Of a DNA stretch of 64,000 bases, positions 25,601 through 37,194 are shown in pieces. Location: positions 496,001 to 560,000 of the forward strand of contig NIVC01000163.1 of the NCBI GenBank assembly GCA_002269645.1. Direction: 5' to 3'. This DNA is from Macrostomum lignano (lineage: Eukaryota). The notes beneath the pieces were generated by a model. It was not told the origin of the DNA, did not search any database, and saw only the letters and a program-made list of their open reading frames with translations. The first letter of the stretch is position 1, and every line of letters starts with the position of its first letter. Position numbers and translations under genes: made by a program.

Positions 25601-28600
25601 AGCTCGCAGTGGCATCACAAAGGTGGTGAGGTTCAGGCACACCTTGCTGCTCTTCTCCATCACGCAGACGACAATGTGACCGTGAAAATTGTACTGTGTA
25701 TTCGGCTGCAGCATCGCCTGCTCCATTGAGTGATTCGGGGCCCAGTGGAAGTAGCCGCTCGAGTCCAACAGGATGCGCTCAGACTCCGATGATGAGGCTC
25801 CTTCATTTTGGTTCCCAGCGTCCACCGAGCAAAGTCTGCAGATTGATTAGAGCAATCATTTCTAAGCTTCCACTTGGCTCTTTTCCAGACACTCACCTTC
25901 TTCCCTGCCCACATGCTGAATCTGATATTGTGTGCCCATTGGCTTCTTCCTGCCTTTCTCGCGACGCCCACCTCACTCCCTGCCCCACATGCTGAATCCG
26001 ATAAGTGTGCCCATTGGCTTCTTCCTGCCTTTCTCGCGACGCCCACCTCACTCCCTGCCCCACATGCTGAATCCGATAAGTGTGCCCATTGGCTTCTTCC
26101 TGCCTTTCTCGCGACGCCCACCTCACTCCCTGCCCCACATGCTGAATCTAATATTGTGTGCCCATTGGCTTCTTCCTGCCTTTCTCGCGACGCCCGCCTC
26201 ACTCCCTGCCCCACATGCTGAATCCGATAAGTGTGCCCATTGGCTTCTTCCTGCCTTTCTCGCGACGCCCACCTCACTCCCTGCCCCACATGCTGAATCT
26301 AATATTGTGTGCCCATTGGCTTCTTCCTGCCTTTCTCGCGACGCCCACCTCACTCCCTGCCCCACATGCTGAATCTAATATTGTGTGCCCATTGGCTTCT
26401 TCCTGCCTTTCTCGCGACGCCCACCTCACTCCCTGCCCCACATGCTGAATCCGATAAGTGTGCCCATTGGCTTCTTCCTGCCTTTCTCGCGACGCCCACC
26501 TCACTCCCTGCCCCACATGCTGAATCTAATATTGTGTGCACATTTGGCTTCTGATCTAGCAGACGCTACAAAGTGGTAGCAGAGCGTGCAAGAACGTAAC
26601 GAAACCGGCTAATTAAATTGCCCAGAAAAGGCAAAATAAAATATGATAACGGCTTCTAATTAAACGTGCTTAAACTACAAGATTATAAATAAACAATAAA
26701 ACAAAATGTGTATAGTTATAATTTTTCTACGTGCGCACAAAATATAAGTTCAGAACTATACAATATTGATCTGCTTGGTAAGGTGTTATTTTCTTATAAT
26801 TTGGTGTTTTAGAAAAAAGAAGCGTATATAAAAAGACTGCTTTTACTTATAAAAAAAATTGATAAACTTTTATTCCTAAAGTTAGCCTCTAGTAATACTT
26901 ACTGCTCACATTCTCCATCAATGTACTCAAGCTCAAAAAGTGGCCGATTGTCGTTGCGAGCGCTAAGACGCAAATTATTGTATTTTAATTATTTATTGAC
27001 GAATTTTGCCTAGGTATTATATTGCTATACATTTATTAAAACAGAATAGACTTTACCTAAGCTTTTCTCCGTGTCGACAGCTGTCCGGGTTTTCGCTGCA
27101 GCCGCGATAGTCCAGGCTGGAGTCCAGTTTGACTGCAAATTCAGATAGTGTAATAAAATTTTATTATATGCAACTACTATACACTACTGTTAGTATTAAG
27201 GTTGACAAAGTTCTGAGAGATCCATGAGAGTTCCCGATATCCACTGAGGAATCCATCAGATTTCCCGACAATCACACTGAGGGATCCATCAGATTTCCCG
27301 ACAATCACACTGAGGGATCCATCAGATTTCCCGACAATCACACTGAGGGATCCATCAGATTTCCCGACAACCACACTGAGGGATCCATGCATGAGATTTC
27401 CCGACAATCACACTGAGGAATCCATGCATGAGATTTCCCGACAACCACACTGAGAGATCCATGAGATTTCCCGACAACCACACTGAGAGATCCATGAGAT
27501 TTCCCGACAACCACACTGAGAGATCCATGAGATTTCCCGACAACCACACTAAGGAATCCATGAGATTTCCCGACAATCACACTGAGGGATCCATCAGATT
27601 TCCCGACAATCACACTGAGGGATCCATCAGATTTCCCGACAATCACACTGAGGGATCCATCAGATTTCCCGACAACCACACTGAGGAATCCATGCATGAG
27701 ATTTCCCGACAACCACACTGAGAGATCCATGAGATTTCCCGACAACCACACTGAGAGATCCATGAGATTTCCCGACAACCACACTGAGAGATCCATGAGA
27801 TTTCCCGACAACCACACTAAGGAATCCATGAGATTTCCCGACAATCACACTGAGGGATCCATCAGATTTCCCGACAATCACACTGAGGGATCCATCAGAT
27901 TTCCCGACAATCACACTGAGGGATCCATCAGATTTCCCGACAACCACACTGAGGGATCCATGCATGAGATTTCCCGACAATCACAATGAGGAATCCATGC
28001 ATGAGATTTCCCGACAACCACACTAAGGAATCCATGAGATTTCCCGACAATCACACTGAGGAATCAATGAGATTTCCCGACAATCACACTGAGGAATCCA
28101 TGAGATTTCCGGACACCTTACTGACAGATCAGATATATGAGTAATCTTTCAAGTATTTAGAAAATGTAGCAGTAAATCTTCAAGTTAGTTCATTTATTAG
28201 GCATTAAAATAGCATACATGCAACGCTAATAGCATAACAACTTGGCTAAAATCTGTTAGCAGGATTGGTTCTTGATAAAATATCTCAGGTGAGGTCCACA
28301 GCGCACCGCCAAGGTTTCAAGAGTTGCAGTTACCAAAGCCTAAGCCAGCAGCTCTAGGTTAGCGGTCTGCGAGTCCAGATGAGCAGAACTCACCAGCCTC
28401 TGCAGCGCTGACTACAATGCTATTTAGTCTCACACAGCTGGTCACCTCAGCCGATGATGGGGTAACCCGCTGACCGCGGCCCCACGAGAAGCCGCAACAC
28501 TGGCAGTCGCGCGGTTGCTCAACCAAGTAAGTGGTCACTCTGCGAGCGGGTTAGTTGCGGCAGTTTTAGAGATCGCGTGTGCGGAAAAGCAGGTGGCTGC

Positions 28601-31600
28601 AGCAGTTGCCGCGCTTATTGGTGAGTTTAGATATACGCGTAATTATTAATCTGATGAGTAGTAGCTGGAGCGAGTGAAACTGCGGTGCGCTGTGGACTCT
28701 AAAAAATCTTCCAGCATATTTTTGGCAAGGACTACTTAACAACTCTCGAGTGTCACGTCCTAAGTTGTTAAGTAGTCCCTGATTTTGGATTACATCAGTT
28801 GGAAGTATCCACAGCTAAGTGAGTGTCTTTAGGCTGTAGATTTCTGGGACTGAAAATTTTAGGGGCCAGTGTGAGATGTTTGGAGTAGTTTTTTTAGGCG
28901 AGTGAAATCTGGGGAGTGAAGTTTCGGGGAATGACCGTTTTATTGTAAAAATTAAGAAAACTCATTCGATTTATAATTCTTGAAGTTTAAAGTTTTGTTA
29001 AGCTGCTGCTAGTGCACAAAACAATGTCCAGTTATCGCGTAAAATTTGTTTTAACAATTAATGAAAGAAAAAGTTTGTTAAAGTGCACGAGGAGTTTGCG
29101 TCAATTCAAATGACGGTTTAGAATAAATATTAGAGTTTTAAACTTATTGATGTAAATAGTGTTTAAAAAATATTGAGTACTTACGCGAGTTGCTTGATAC
29201 ACAAGCATAATCTGATAGGCTAGAAAAATTCAAATACAAAGTAAAAAAAAAACACTATGTGACTCTTGCATTAAAAGACTTTTTCCTTGATTATGCATGT
29301 AGGCAGTTGCTACACCGTATCCGGGAAAAAACATGCTAAACTTCCCAAGTCAACCATGTACTTGGATGACATTGTTGACTTACCAAGTTTGCAAAGTATC
29401 ATGGTCATGAACTTAGAAAGTATGCAATGTTGTTGCCCAATTTCAATCGACTTGCAAAGTTTACAACGTACACGCCCGGTCTCTACATCCAAGTACTTGG
29501 AAATTACTTGAGAAGTGACTGGAGATAACATTGCAGACTTGGAAAGTTCTTATCGAATGTACTTGGAAAACTTGGAAAGTACTTAGGCGGTACTTGCCAC
29601 GAGGCTGGATTGTTGACTTATCGATCAAGTACTTGGCGGGTAAGTTTAAATGAGTAAAGTCGGATTTTTAATAACTGTGCGGATACCAAAATTACAGTAA
29701 AGACTCATAACATACTGTTAAGATGCCTAAAACTGTATAGGTGTCTAAATTACAGTACAGATGATAATTTACAATATAGATTAGCTACATAATCACCACG
29801 ATTAAGCAAAGCTATTGTGTAAATAAATAAGGAAGCTAAACAACCTACCGCCTGGCCTCTCGCTCGTCAGTGGCAATCACAAAAGCTTCCATAACGTCCG
29901 TGTCGATCTTTAATCCACAGCCAGGGTTGATAATAGTACGCCTCTGACCACTTTTCCCATCCTCCACAGCCAGGAGGACAATGCCCAGTCTGTCTGCGCA
30001 CACTTCAGCCGCTTTTAGAAAAGTCATGCCGTTGAAATTGGCTGAGAATCGAACCTGAGATTCATTAATTTAAGTCCGAGTATCATTGGCTGATGGTTAT
30101 TATTGGTTGCTATTTTTAGAACTTTTCTCGAGGAAACCGAGAAAGGTCAGTCTTCAAGGTCAGTCACGTGTCGGCTGATTTTGAAAGGGGCTTAAAATGG
30201 CCCCTCCATTAAAGGATTAAGACATGTCCCAGTTCCTATCAATAATAAGTTCTTACACCATTTTATTGATTGATTGTTTTAAGTGGCTGCTATTTTGAGA
30301 AATTTTAATAAGTTTATTGTGGAAGCCCCTTTATACGAAGTCCTTGTATATAGTACTTTCCCTCACTCAGCCAACACGTGATTGACCTTGGCAAAAATAA
30401 CTGGTCGAGAGAATTATCCAATAGAAATTCAAGGAGGAAAGAGAGGATAGCATCGTACACAGTAAAGCCTACTTATGTACATTGAGTTAGCCGAGTGGTC
30501 CCATCCAGTTTTTCTTATACGAACTGCATGAACTTGGTCACTTACCTTGTAGAATTCGTACTCAACTCCGTGCAAGTAAGCTTCCTGCCAAGAGAACTGT
30601 GGGAACTGGTTGCTTTTGCAGGAGCGCAGCATGAGCAAGTTGCAGAGCAGAGTTGACAGGCCGGGAACAAGGCAGCTCTGAGCTAGAATCCCGTATTTAA
30701 GCTCGTTAATGCAGATAGCCTGAAAAGTTTATTTACACTTTTTCGGTTACAAAGATAATAATTAAGGTAATGAAGAATCATCTCCGTTTTAAATATGACG
30801 TCATCTTGATTTTATATGTGACTTCATTTCAGTTTAACGTGATGTCAGTTCACCGAAGGTTCGTAAACCAGGTTGTCTTAGTCCAGTCCACAAATACTAA
30901 AAGCACTAATTAATTATCTATGATCCAGTCTTACACTAGCTGGTGACGTCATCTCAGTTTATACTAGCTAGTGAGTGCACTTCAGTCTATACTAGCTGAT
31001 GATGTGGTGACGTCATCTCAGTCGATACTATCTAGTGACGTCATCCTAAAGGTCAAAGCTCACTTGTAGGTGACGCAATTTTAGTCAGTCAGGTGATCTC
31101 ATAATCTCAATATAGCGTGTGACGTTATCTCTCATAGGTTTTATTCTCTTCAGCGAAATCTCACCTGGTCCCCATGCATTGGCCTCCAGTCAGGAATATT
31201 CCTCAGGTAGGTTTTGCTCCTATAGAGCTGTAGCTGCACCAGCACCTGGACATCCGGACAAAAATCCTTGACCGCAATCACCCGCATGATATTTTTCATA
31301 TCTTCGTCCTCTTCGTTTCGAGTCTGCTGATCGGAGATGACAACAACGGCCGAGGCCTGTTTCAAGCAGGCTCGCTGCAGGTCTTTCACGCACATGACGC
31401 TCCCCTGCAGGTAGGTCACGTACAGCTCCCGGGTCTTGATCAGCGCTTTCAGCTCCAGATCCGGCTCGTCGCTAAAGTTTTATTGGATGGAAAATGATGT
31501 ACTTTATGCGGAGATAATGTAACTTTCGGCGACCTCTCAACTAGAAAATTGGCGCCCCATGATATAGTAAAAATAGTGTACTAATATGATAAATAATTAT

Positions 31601-34600
31601 AATTTCAGGGGCCGCGGGCACCCTAGCGCAACGCCTTCGGCGATGTTGTCCCTCATCCCAATGACCTTGAGCTAGACGTATCTGCTAGAGAAATTTCCAC
31701 TCTAAGTGACCTTGAGCTAGACGTATCTGCCAAAGAAATTTCCACTCTAAGTGACCTTGAGCTAGACGTATCTGCTAGAGAAATTTCCACTCTAAGTGAC
31801 CTTGAGCTAGACGTATCTGCTAGAGAAATTTCCACTCTAAGTGACCTTGAGCTAGACGTATCTGCTAGAGAAATTTCCACTCTAAGTGACCTTGAGCTAG
31901 ACGTATCTGCTAGAGAAATTTCCACTCTGAGTGACCTTGAGCTAGACGTATCTGCTAGAGAAATTTCCACTCTGAGTGACCTTGAGCTAGACGTATCTGC
32001 TAGAGAGATTTCCACTCTAAGTGACCTTGAGCTAGACGTATCTGCTAGAGAAATTTCCACTCTAAGTGACCTTGAGCTAGACGTATCTGCTAGAGAGATT
32101 TCCACTCTAAGTGACCTTGAGCTAGACGTATCTGCTAGAGAGATTTCCACTCTAAGTGACCTTGAGCTAGACGTATCTGCTAGAGAAATTTCCACTCTGA
32201 GTGACCTTGAGCTAGACGTATCTGCTAGAGAAATTTCCACTCTAAGTGACCTTGAGCTAGACGTATCTGCTAGAGAAATTTCCACTCTAAGTGACCTTGA
32301 GCTAGACGTATCTGCTAGAGAAATTTCCACTCTAAGTGACCTTGAGCTAGACGTATCTGCTAGAGAAATTTCCATTTTGAATGGCCTTGAATAATTTGAT
32401 TAGTTGATTTGATTTGATCGCAAGGGGTGCATTGAGGCTGATTGTGTCAAAAATATCTACGAGCAATAAACTCTTTAAAATTCCTGAAAATTTCTCGCAC
32501 TTACAGTCCCAGCATAGCAACGTATTCGCGCGCGTTGGAGGCTCTCTCGGAATGAAAAAAATCGTCGAAAAATGTCTTCATCATTTGGCAGGTGAACTTT
32601 CCAACCACAACCACGTGTCTGAAATTTGAAGTCAACATGCGGGCTCAATCAGAGATCACTGGGGGTCCTTTTCTTTCTCAGCTTACTTTTTTCCTGACTT
32701 CAAGTGTACTCGATTTCTTCTGTACTTTTTCTTCTCGGTCAAAATGTCGGACACCTCGGGAATGATGCTGGTGAACAGCCCCTACAATGATATGATGTTT
32801 ATACTGGTCATGTTGTTACCCTTACACAAGACAAGTGTCCATGCCTGTTAACTTACCAACGCCACAACAATAAAAATGATGATGTAAAATTTTCCAATCA
32901 CGGAGTGAGGCGAAATATCGCCGTAGCCAACTGTGCTCATTGTGATCAGCATATAGTAGAAGCAATCGTGGTATTGGTGAAACACAGCGTTGGTCAGGCC
33001 GTCTTTGCGCCAGAAATCGCCCACGTTCTCAATCTGGTTGGTGTTGGGCGATTGTGGTATGGCGAATGGAAGAAAGAGATTGAAGGGTGGAGAATGCAGG
33101 GAAGGAGAGTGCAGGGAGGAGAATGCAGGCAAGGAGAATGCAGGGAAGGAGAATGCAGGGAGGATACAGGGAGGAGCGTGCAGGGAGGAGAATGCAGGGG
33201 GAGAGTGCGGGGGAGGGTGCAGGGGGAGAGTGCAGGGGAGGGTGCGGGGAGGGTGCAGGGGGAGGGTGCAGGGGGAGAGTGCAGGGGGAGGGTGCGGGGG
33301 AGGGTGCAGGGGGAGGGTGCAGGGGAGAGTGCAGGGAGGAGAGTGCGGGGGAGGGTGCAGGGAGGAGAGTGCAGGGGGAAAGTGCAGGGGGAGAGTGCGG
33401 GGGAGGGTGCAGGGGGAGAGTGCAGGGAGGAGAGTGCAGGGGAGAGTGCAGGGGGAGAGTGCGGGGGGAGGGTGCGGGGGAGGGTGCAGGGGGAGGGTGC
33501 AGGGGGAGAGTGCAGGGAGGAGAGTGCGGGGGAGGGTGCAGGGAGGAGAGTGCAGGGGGAGAGTGCGGGGAGGGTGCAGGGGGAGAGTGCAGGGAGGAGA
33601 GTGCAGGGGAGAGTGCGGGAGGAGAGTGCGGGGGGAGAGTGCAGGGGGAGAGTGCAGGGGGAGGGTGCGGGGGAGGGTGCAGGGAGGAGAGTGCAGGGGG
33701 AGAGTGCAGGGAGGAGAGTGCAGGGGAAGAGTGCAGGGGAGAGTGCAGGGGAAAATGCAGGGGGAGAGTGCAGGGGAGAGTGCAGGGAGGAGAGTGCAGG
33801 GGAGAGTGCAGGGGGAGAGTGCACGGGGAGAGTGCAGGGGGAGAGTGCACGGGGAGAGTGCAGGGAGGAGAGTGCAGGGGAGAGTGCAGGGAGGAGAGTG
33901 CAGGGGAGAGTGCAGGGGGAGAGTGCACGGAGAGAGTGCAGGGAGGAGAGTGCAGGGAGGAGAGTGCAGGGGAGAGTGCGGAAGGAGAGTGCAGGGGAGA
34001 GTGCAGGGGAGAGTGCAGGGGAGAGTGCAGGGGAGAGTGCAGGGGAGAGTGCAGGGGAGAGTGCAGGAGAGAGTGCAGGGGAGAGTGCGGAAGGAGAGTG
34101 CGGGAGGAGAGTGCAGGGGAGAGTGCAGGGGAGAGTGCAGGGGAGAGTGCAGGGGAGAGTGCGGGGGAGAGTGCGGGAGGAGAGTGCAGGGTAGAGTGCA
34201 GGGGAGAGTGCAGGGGGAGAGTGCAGGAGGAGAGTGCAGGGGGGAGAGTGCAGGGGAGAGTGCAGGGGAGAGTGCAGGGGAGAGTGCAGGGGAGAGTGCA
34301 GGGGGAGCGTGCAGGGGAGAGTGCAGGGGGAGAGTGCCGGGGGAGCGTGCAGGGGAGAGTGCAGGGGGAGAGTGCCGGGAGGACACTCACCAGCTGGTAG
34401 AGGCCCGCACTGATGGCCCAGATGGAGATGATTCTAATCAGCAGGGACACCAGTCTGATGTACTTCTCAGTGCGCAGGATGTTGCAATAGATCATGGAGT
34501 TCACCAAATACTTCAGACCATTGATTCTTGCGAACTGGAACACTGAAGTGCAGTGGCGTGAATGAAGGTGGCTTATTCAATCGAAGCTGATTTGTGACCC

Positions 34601-37194
34601 AATTCATTTAGCAACTATGGAAAAACTCCAGTTCTGCAGTGATAGCCCGGGCTGCTTACCAATCATGTGCTTGTTGAGGGCATACATGATGACGGACGGG
34701 ATCAGGGTGAGGTGGTCAGCCATGGTGTCCAAGGTCAGCCAGAATGCTTGCAGCGAATTGCTGGACAGAAGCTGGAATTGAAGTTTTTTGATAGTTTTCA
34801 TTTGAATTTTTATTACCGATTGACTAAGGAGTCATTACTAAGGAGAATCCCCTAGTTAGAGAGTCATGGGCAGGATAGTTAGTGAGTCAGGAGAGTCAGG
34901 AGAGTCAGGAGAGTCAGGAGAGTCAGGAGAGTCAGGAGAGTCAGTGAGTCAGGAGAGTCAGAAGAGTCAGGAGAGTCAGTGAGTCAGGAGAGTCAGGAGA
35001 GTCAGGAGAGTCAGTGAGTCAAGAGAGTCAGGAGAGTCAGGAGAGTCAGGAGAGTCAGAGAGTCAAGAGAGTCAGAGAGCTAGAGAGTCAGGAGCGGCGG
35101 AGTTAGTCAGCCAGAAAAGAATCAGATTCTGGAGAACCACGAGAGTCAGAGTCAGAGATTCAAGTGAGTCAGGAAATCCAGCTCAGTGATCCGTGTCGAT
35201 GGCTGTGCACATTAAGAATTCTATAAATCTGTACCAAGTGCCGATATGTAGCGAAAATAACTTAGCAAACGCAGTGTTTGCATAGGAATTCTAAAACTTG
35301 CACCAGTACGTACAAGCGAGTCGAAAGAAGAAGAAAATGCATCTCACCCTGATGATAAAAAATCCCAGATAGAACAAGTTAATCGCAAAGTCCACGTGCA
35401 CAACAGGAAAATGCTTTGTAGAATGGCACACCAACAAAGTGCGACTTTCCATTGGCCCGGTCTGGATGTCTGTGAACTGATAGGTCATCAGGATGTAGAT
35501 GACGAAGGACGCGATGACGCAGAGGGAGTGAATCACCAACTGAAATTTGTTAACGATAGAGAGCTGCTGATGTGTAAAAGCCTAAGAATCACTGCAATGA
35601 TGGGGTCCTAGGCATAGGTTAGTGTTTAACGAGTCTTCCTGCTATTGGTCAGTTAAGCAACGCTGGTTTTGGTTAGTACGCAATTGATGGAAGCTGAAAA
35701 AATCAACAAGAATGGTGTCATAACCATCGATTAGCAGATACAAAGTGAATTAAGAGTCCTTACTAATGGGTCTTAGGCATGCAGTTTGGTCGTTAAAGAG
35801 TCCTTACTAATGGGTCTTAGGCATGCAGTTTGGTCGTTAAAGAGTCCTAACTAATGGGTCTTAGGCATGCAGTTTGGTCGTTAAAGAGTCCTTACTAATG
35901 GGTCTTAGGCATGCAGTTTGGTCGTTAAAGAGTCCTTACTAATGGGTCTCAGGAATGCAGTTTGGTCTATAAAGAGTCCTTACTAATGGGTCTTAGGCAT
36001 GCAGTTTGGTCGTTAAAGAGTCCTTACTAATGGGTCTCAGGAATGCAGTTTGGTCTATAAAGAGTCCTTACTAATGGGTCTTAGGCATGCAGTTTGGTCG
36101 TTAATGAGTCCTTACTAATGGGTCGTAGAATTAGGTTAGAATAATGACATACGCATTTTGTAAAAAGCCAACTTCAATTTTTTATCTACTCTTCTGCTTT
36201 TTTGTCACCGCCTTGGAAAAAACTTGGCCGCAAGTTTTTTGTTAAACGCAAAAATTTAATGGTTGCAAAAATGTTTTGATGGCATTTTCAGACAGTCCAA
36301 ATCCTATGAATATTGATAAAAATAAATATTTTTCTTCGCTATCCCATCGTCTCTATCCCATCGTCTCTATCCCATCGTCTCTATCCCATCGTCTCTATCG
36401 CATCGTCTCTATCGCATCGTCTCTATCCCATCGTCTCTATCCCATCGTCTCTATCCCATCGTCTCTATCCCATCGTCTCTATCGCATCGTCTCTATCCCA
36501 TCATCTCTATCCCATCGTCTCTATCCCATCGTCTCTATCCCATCATCTCTATCCCATCGTCTCTATCCCATCGTCTCTATCCCATCCTCTCTATCCCATC
36601 GTCTCTATCCCATCGTCTCTATCCCATCATCTCTATCCCATCGTCTCTATCCCATCGTCTCTATCCCATCCTCTCTATCCCATCCTCTCCATCCTATCCT
36701 CTTTACCGCATTCACTGTACCCTATTCCTCTCTCAAAGACTCTCTCTTTTGTGTTTCCCTACCCATTGTGTTTATCTTCCCATCAGTGCATACCTGTAAC
36801 ACCCCCCATCTTCGCACAAAATATCTTGATCCTAATAAAAGTTTAAAATAGAAAAAAATCTACATGTACTTACCATAAATTTCCCCAGATTGTTGGCTCC
36901 CTTCATCAGCGCCATGCTGTACAGGTGAACCCTGGTGACAATGCCAGCCTGACTACCCAGCCTGTGAGGCTGTCCGCTTAATTCGTCTTCATCTTGGTCA
37001 GTTTCCGAACTGTCCTCAGGATGCTTACTCCTCCGACAGACGACCCGCCCGACGCTGATGAGTATGAGCATGCAGACATAGACTCCGAAACTGCAGCCCA
37101 GGAAGATGTACCATTCGGTAGATCTGCAATAGTCATACTTACTGGCTGGCGTAGTCACAGAGTCCATGCTGCCATTTCCTGCTGTAGCAGCCAT
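22632..37194 (-). CDS. KCNMA1: Slo/BK-family large-conductance Ca2+-activated K+ channel alpha subunit, divergent paralogue (~1,000 aa)
   Basis: Exons 37194-36874 (S0), 35539-35348, 34771-34660, 34542-34391 (S4-S5), 33033-32857 (pore TMSTVGYGD, S6), 32781-32687, 32618-32505, 31471-31165, 30719-30546 (AICINELKYGILAQSCLVPGLSTLLCNL), 30054-29849, probable 27116-27057, 25835-25490 (DSSGYFHW, GHIVVC, FVMPLRAS), 25077-24742 (GSPLNRANLKAVNI, Ca bowl YLDQDDDDEVEEPY), 23820-23578, 23464-23297 and 22667-22632 (TDL|VYCL...*). All phases are consistent. Confidence 0.95.
22815..23270. repeat. 21-bp minisatellite (last Slo intron)
   Basis: GATCAGATAGGAATCGGGACT. Confidence 0.9.
23895..24690. repeat. compound minisatellite with ~164-bp higher-order period
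   Basis: Shared core CCCTCACTCACTCAATGTACGCAGACTC with three alternating tails. Confidence 0.9.
25104..25415. repeat. 34-bp minisatellite
   Basis: GAGTCATTATGACCTATGTGTCTCACCTGTGGCT. Confidence 0.92.
25898..26540. repeat. 75/76-bp tandem repeat in the Slo RCK1-RCK2 linker region
   Basis: CCCTGCCCCACATGCTGAATC...GCGACGCCCACCTCACT x~8. Confidence 0.95.
27225..28112. repeat. 33-bp minisatellite with 268-bp higher-order duplication
   Basis: GAGGGATCCATCAGATTTCCCGACAATCACACT; identical blocks start at 27428 and 27696. Confidence 0.94.
28294..28697. mobile_element. MITE-like element with 16-bp terminal inverted repeats
   Basis: GTCCACAGCGCACCGC (28294-28309) and its exact reverse complement (28682-28697) bound ~400 bp of non-coding sequence. 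No clear TSD. Confidence 0.6.
31663..32375. repeat. 45-bp minisatellite
   Basis: TTGAGCTAGACGTATCTGCTAGAGAAATTTCCACTCTAAGTGACC x~16, nearly identical. Confidence 0.97.
33070..34385. repeat. G-rich 12-13-bp repeat filling a Slo intron
   Basis: GGGGAGAGTGCA[G] units between the S5 exon and the pore exon. Confidence 0.95.
34875..35100. repeat. 9-bp repeat
   Basis: GAGTCAGGA. Confidence 0.88.
35750..36122. repeat. 44-bp minisatellite
   Basis: AAGAGTCCTTACTAATGGGTCTTAGGCATGCAGTTTGGTCGTTA. Confidence 0.94.
36338..36690. repeat. 14-bp minisatellite
   Basis: CTATCCCATCGTCT. Confidence 0.94.

Noticed and set aside
29310-29531. ORF with RCKLC resembling a zinc finger
   Set aside because: No second ligand pair and no usable splice sites in phase. 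It overlaps the non-coding palindrome cluster.
32848-34546. Six overlapping ORFs of 276-518 aa
   Set aside because: Translation through an intronic repeat. Only the ends (S5 and pore exons) are real coding sequence.
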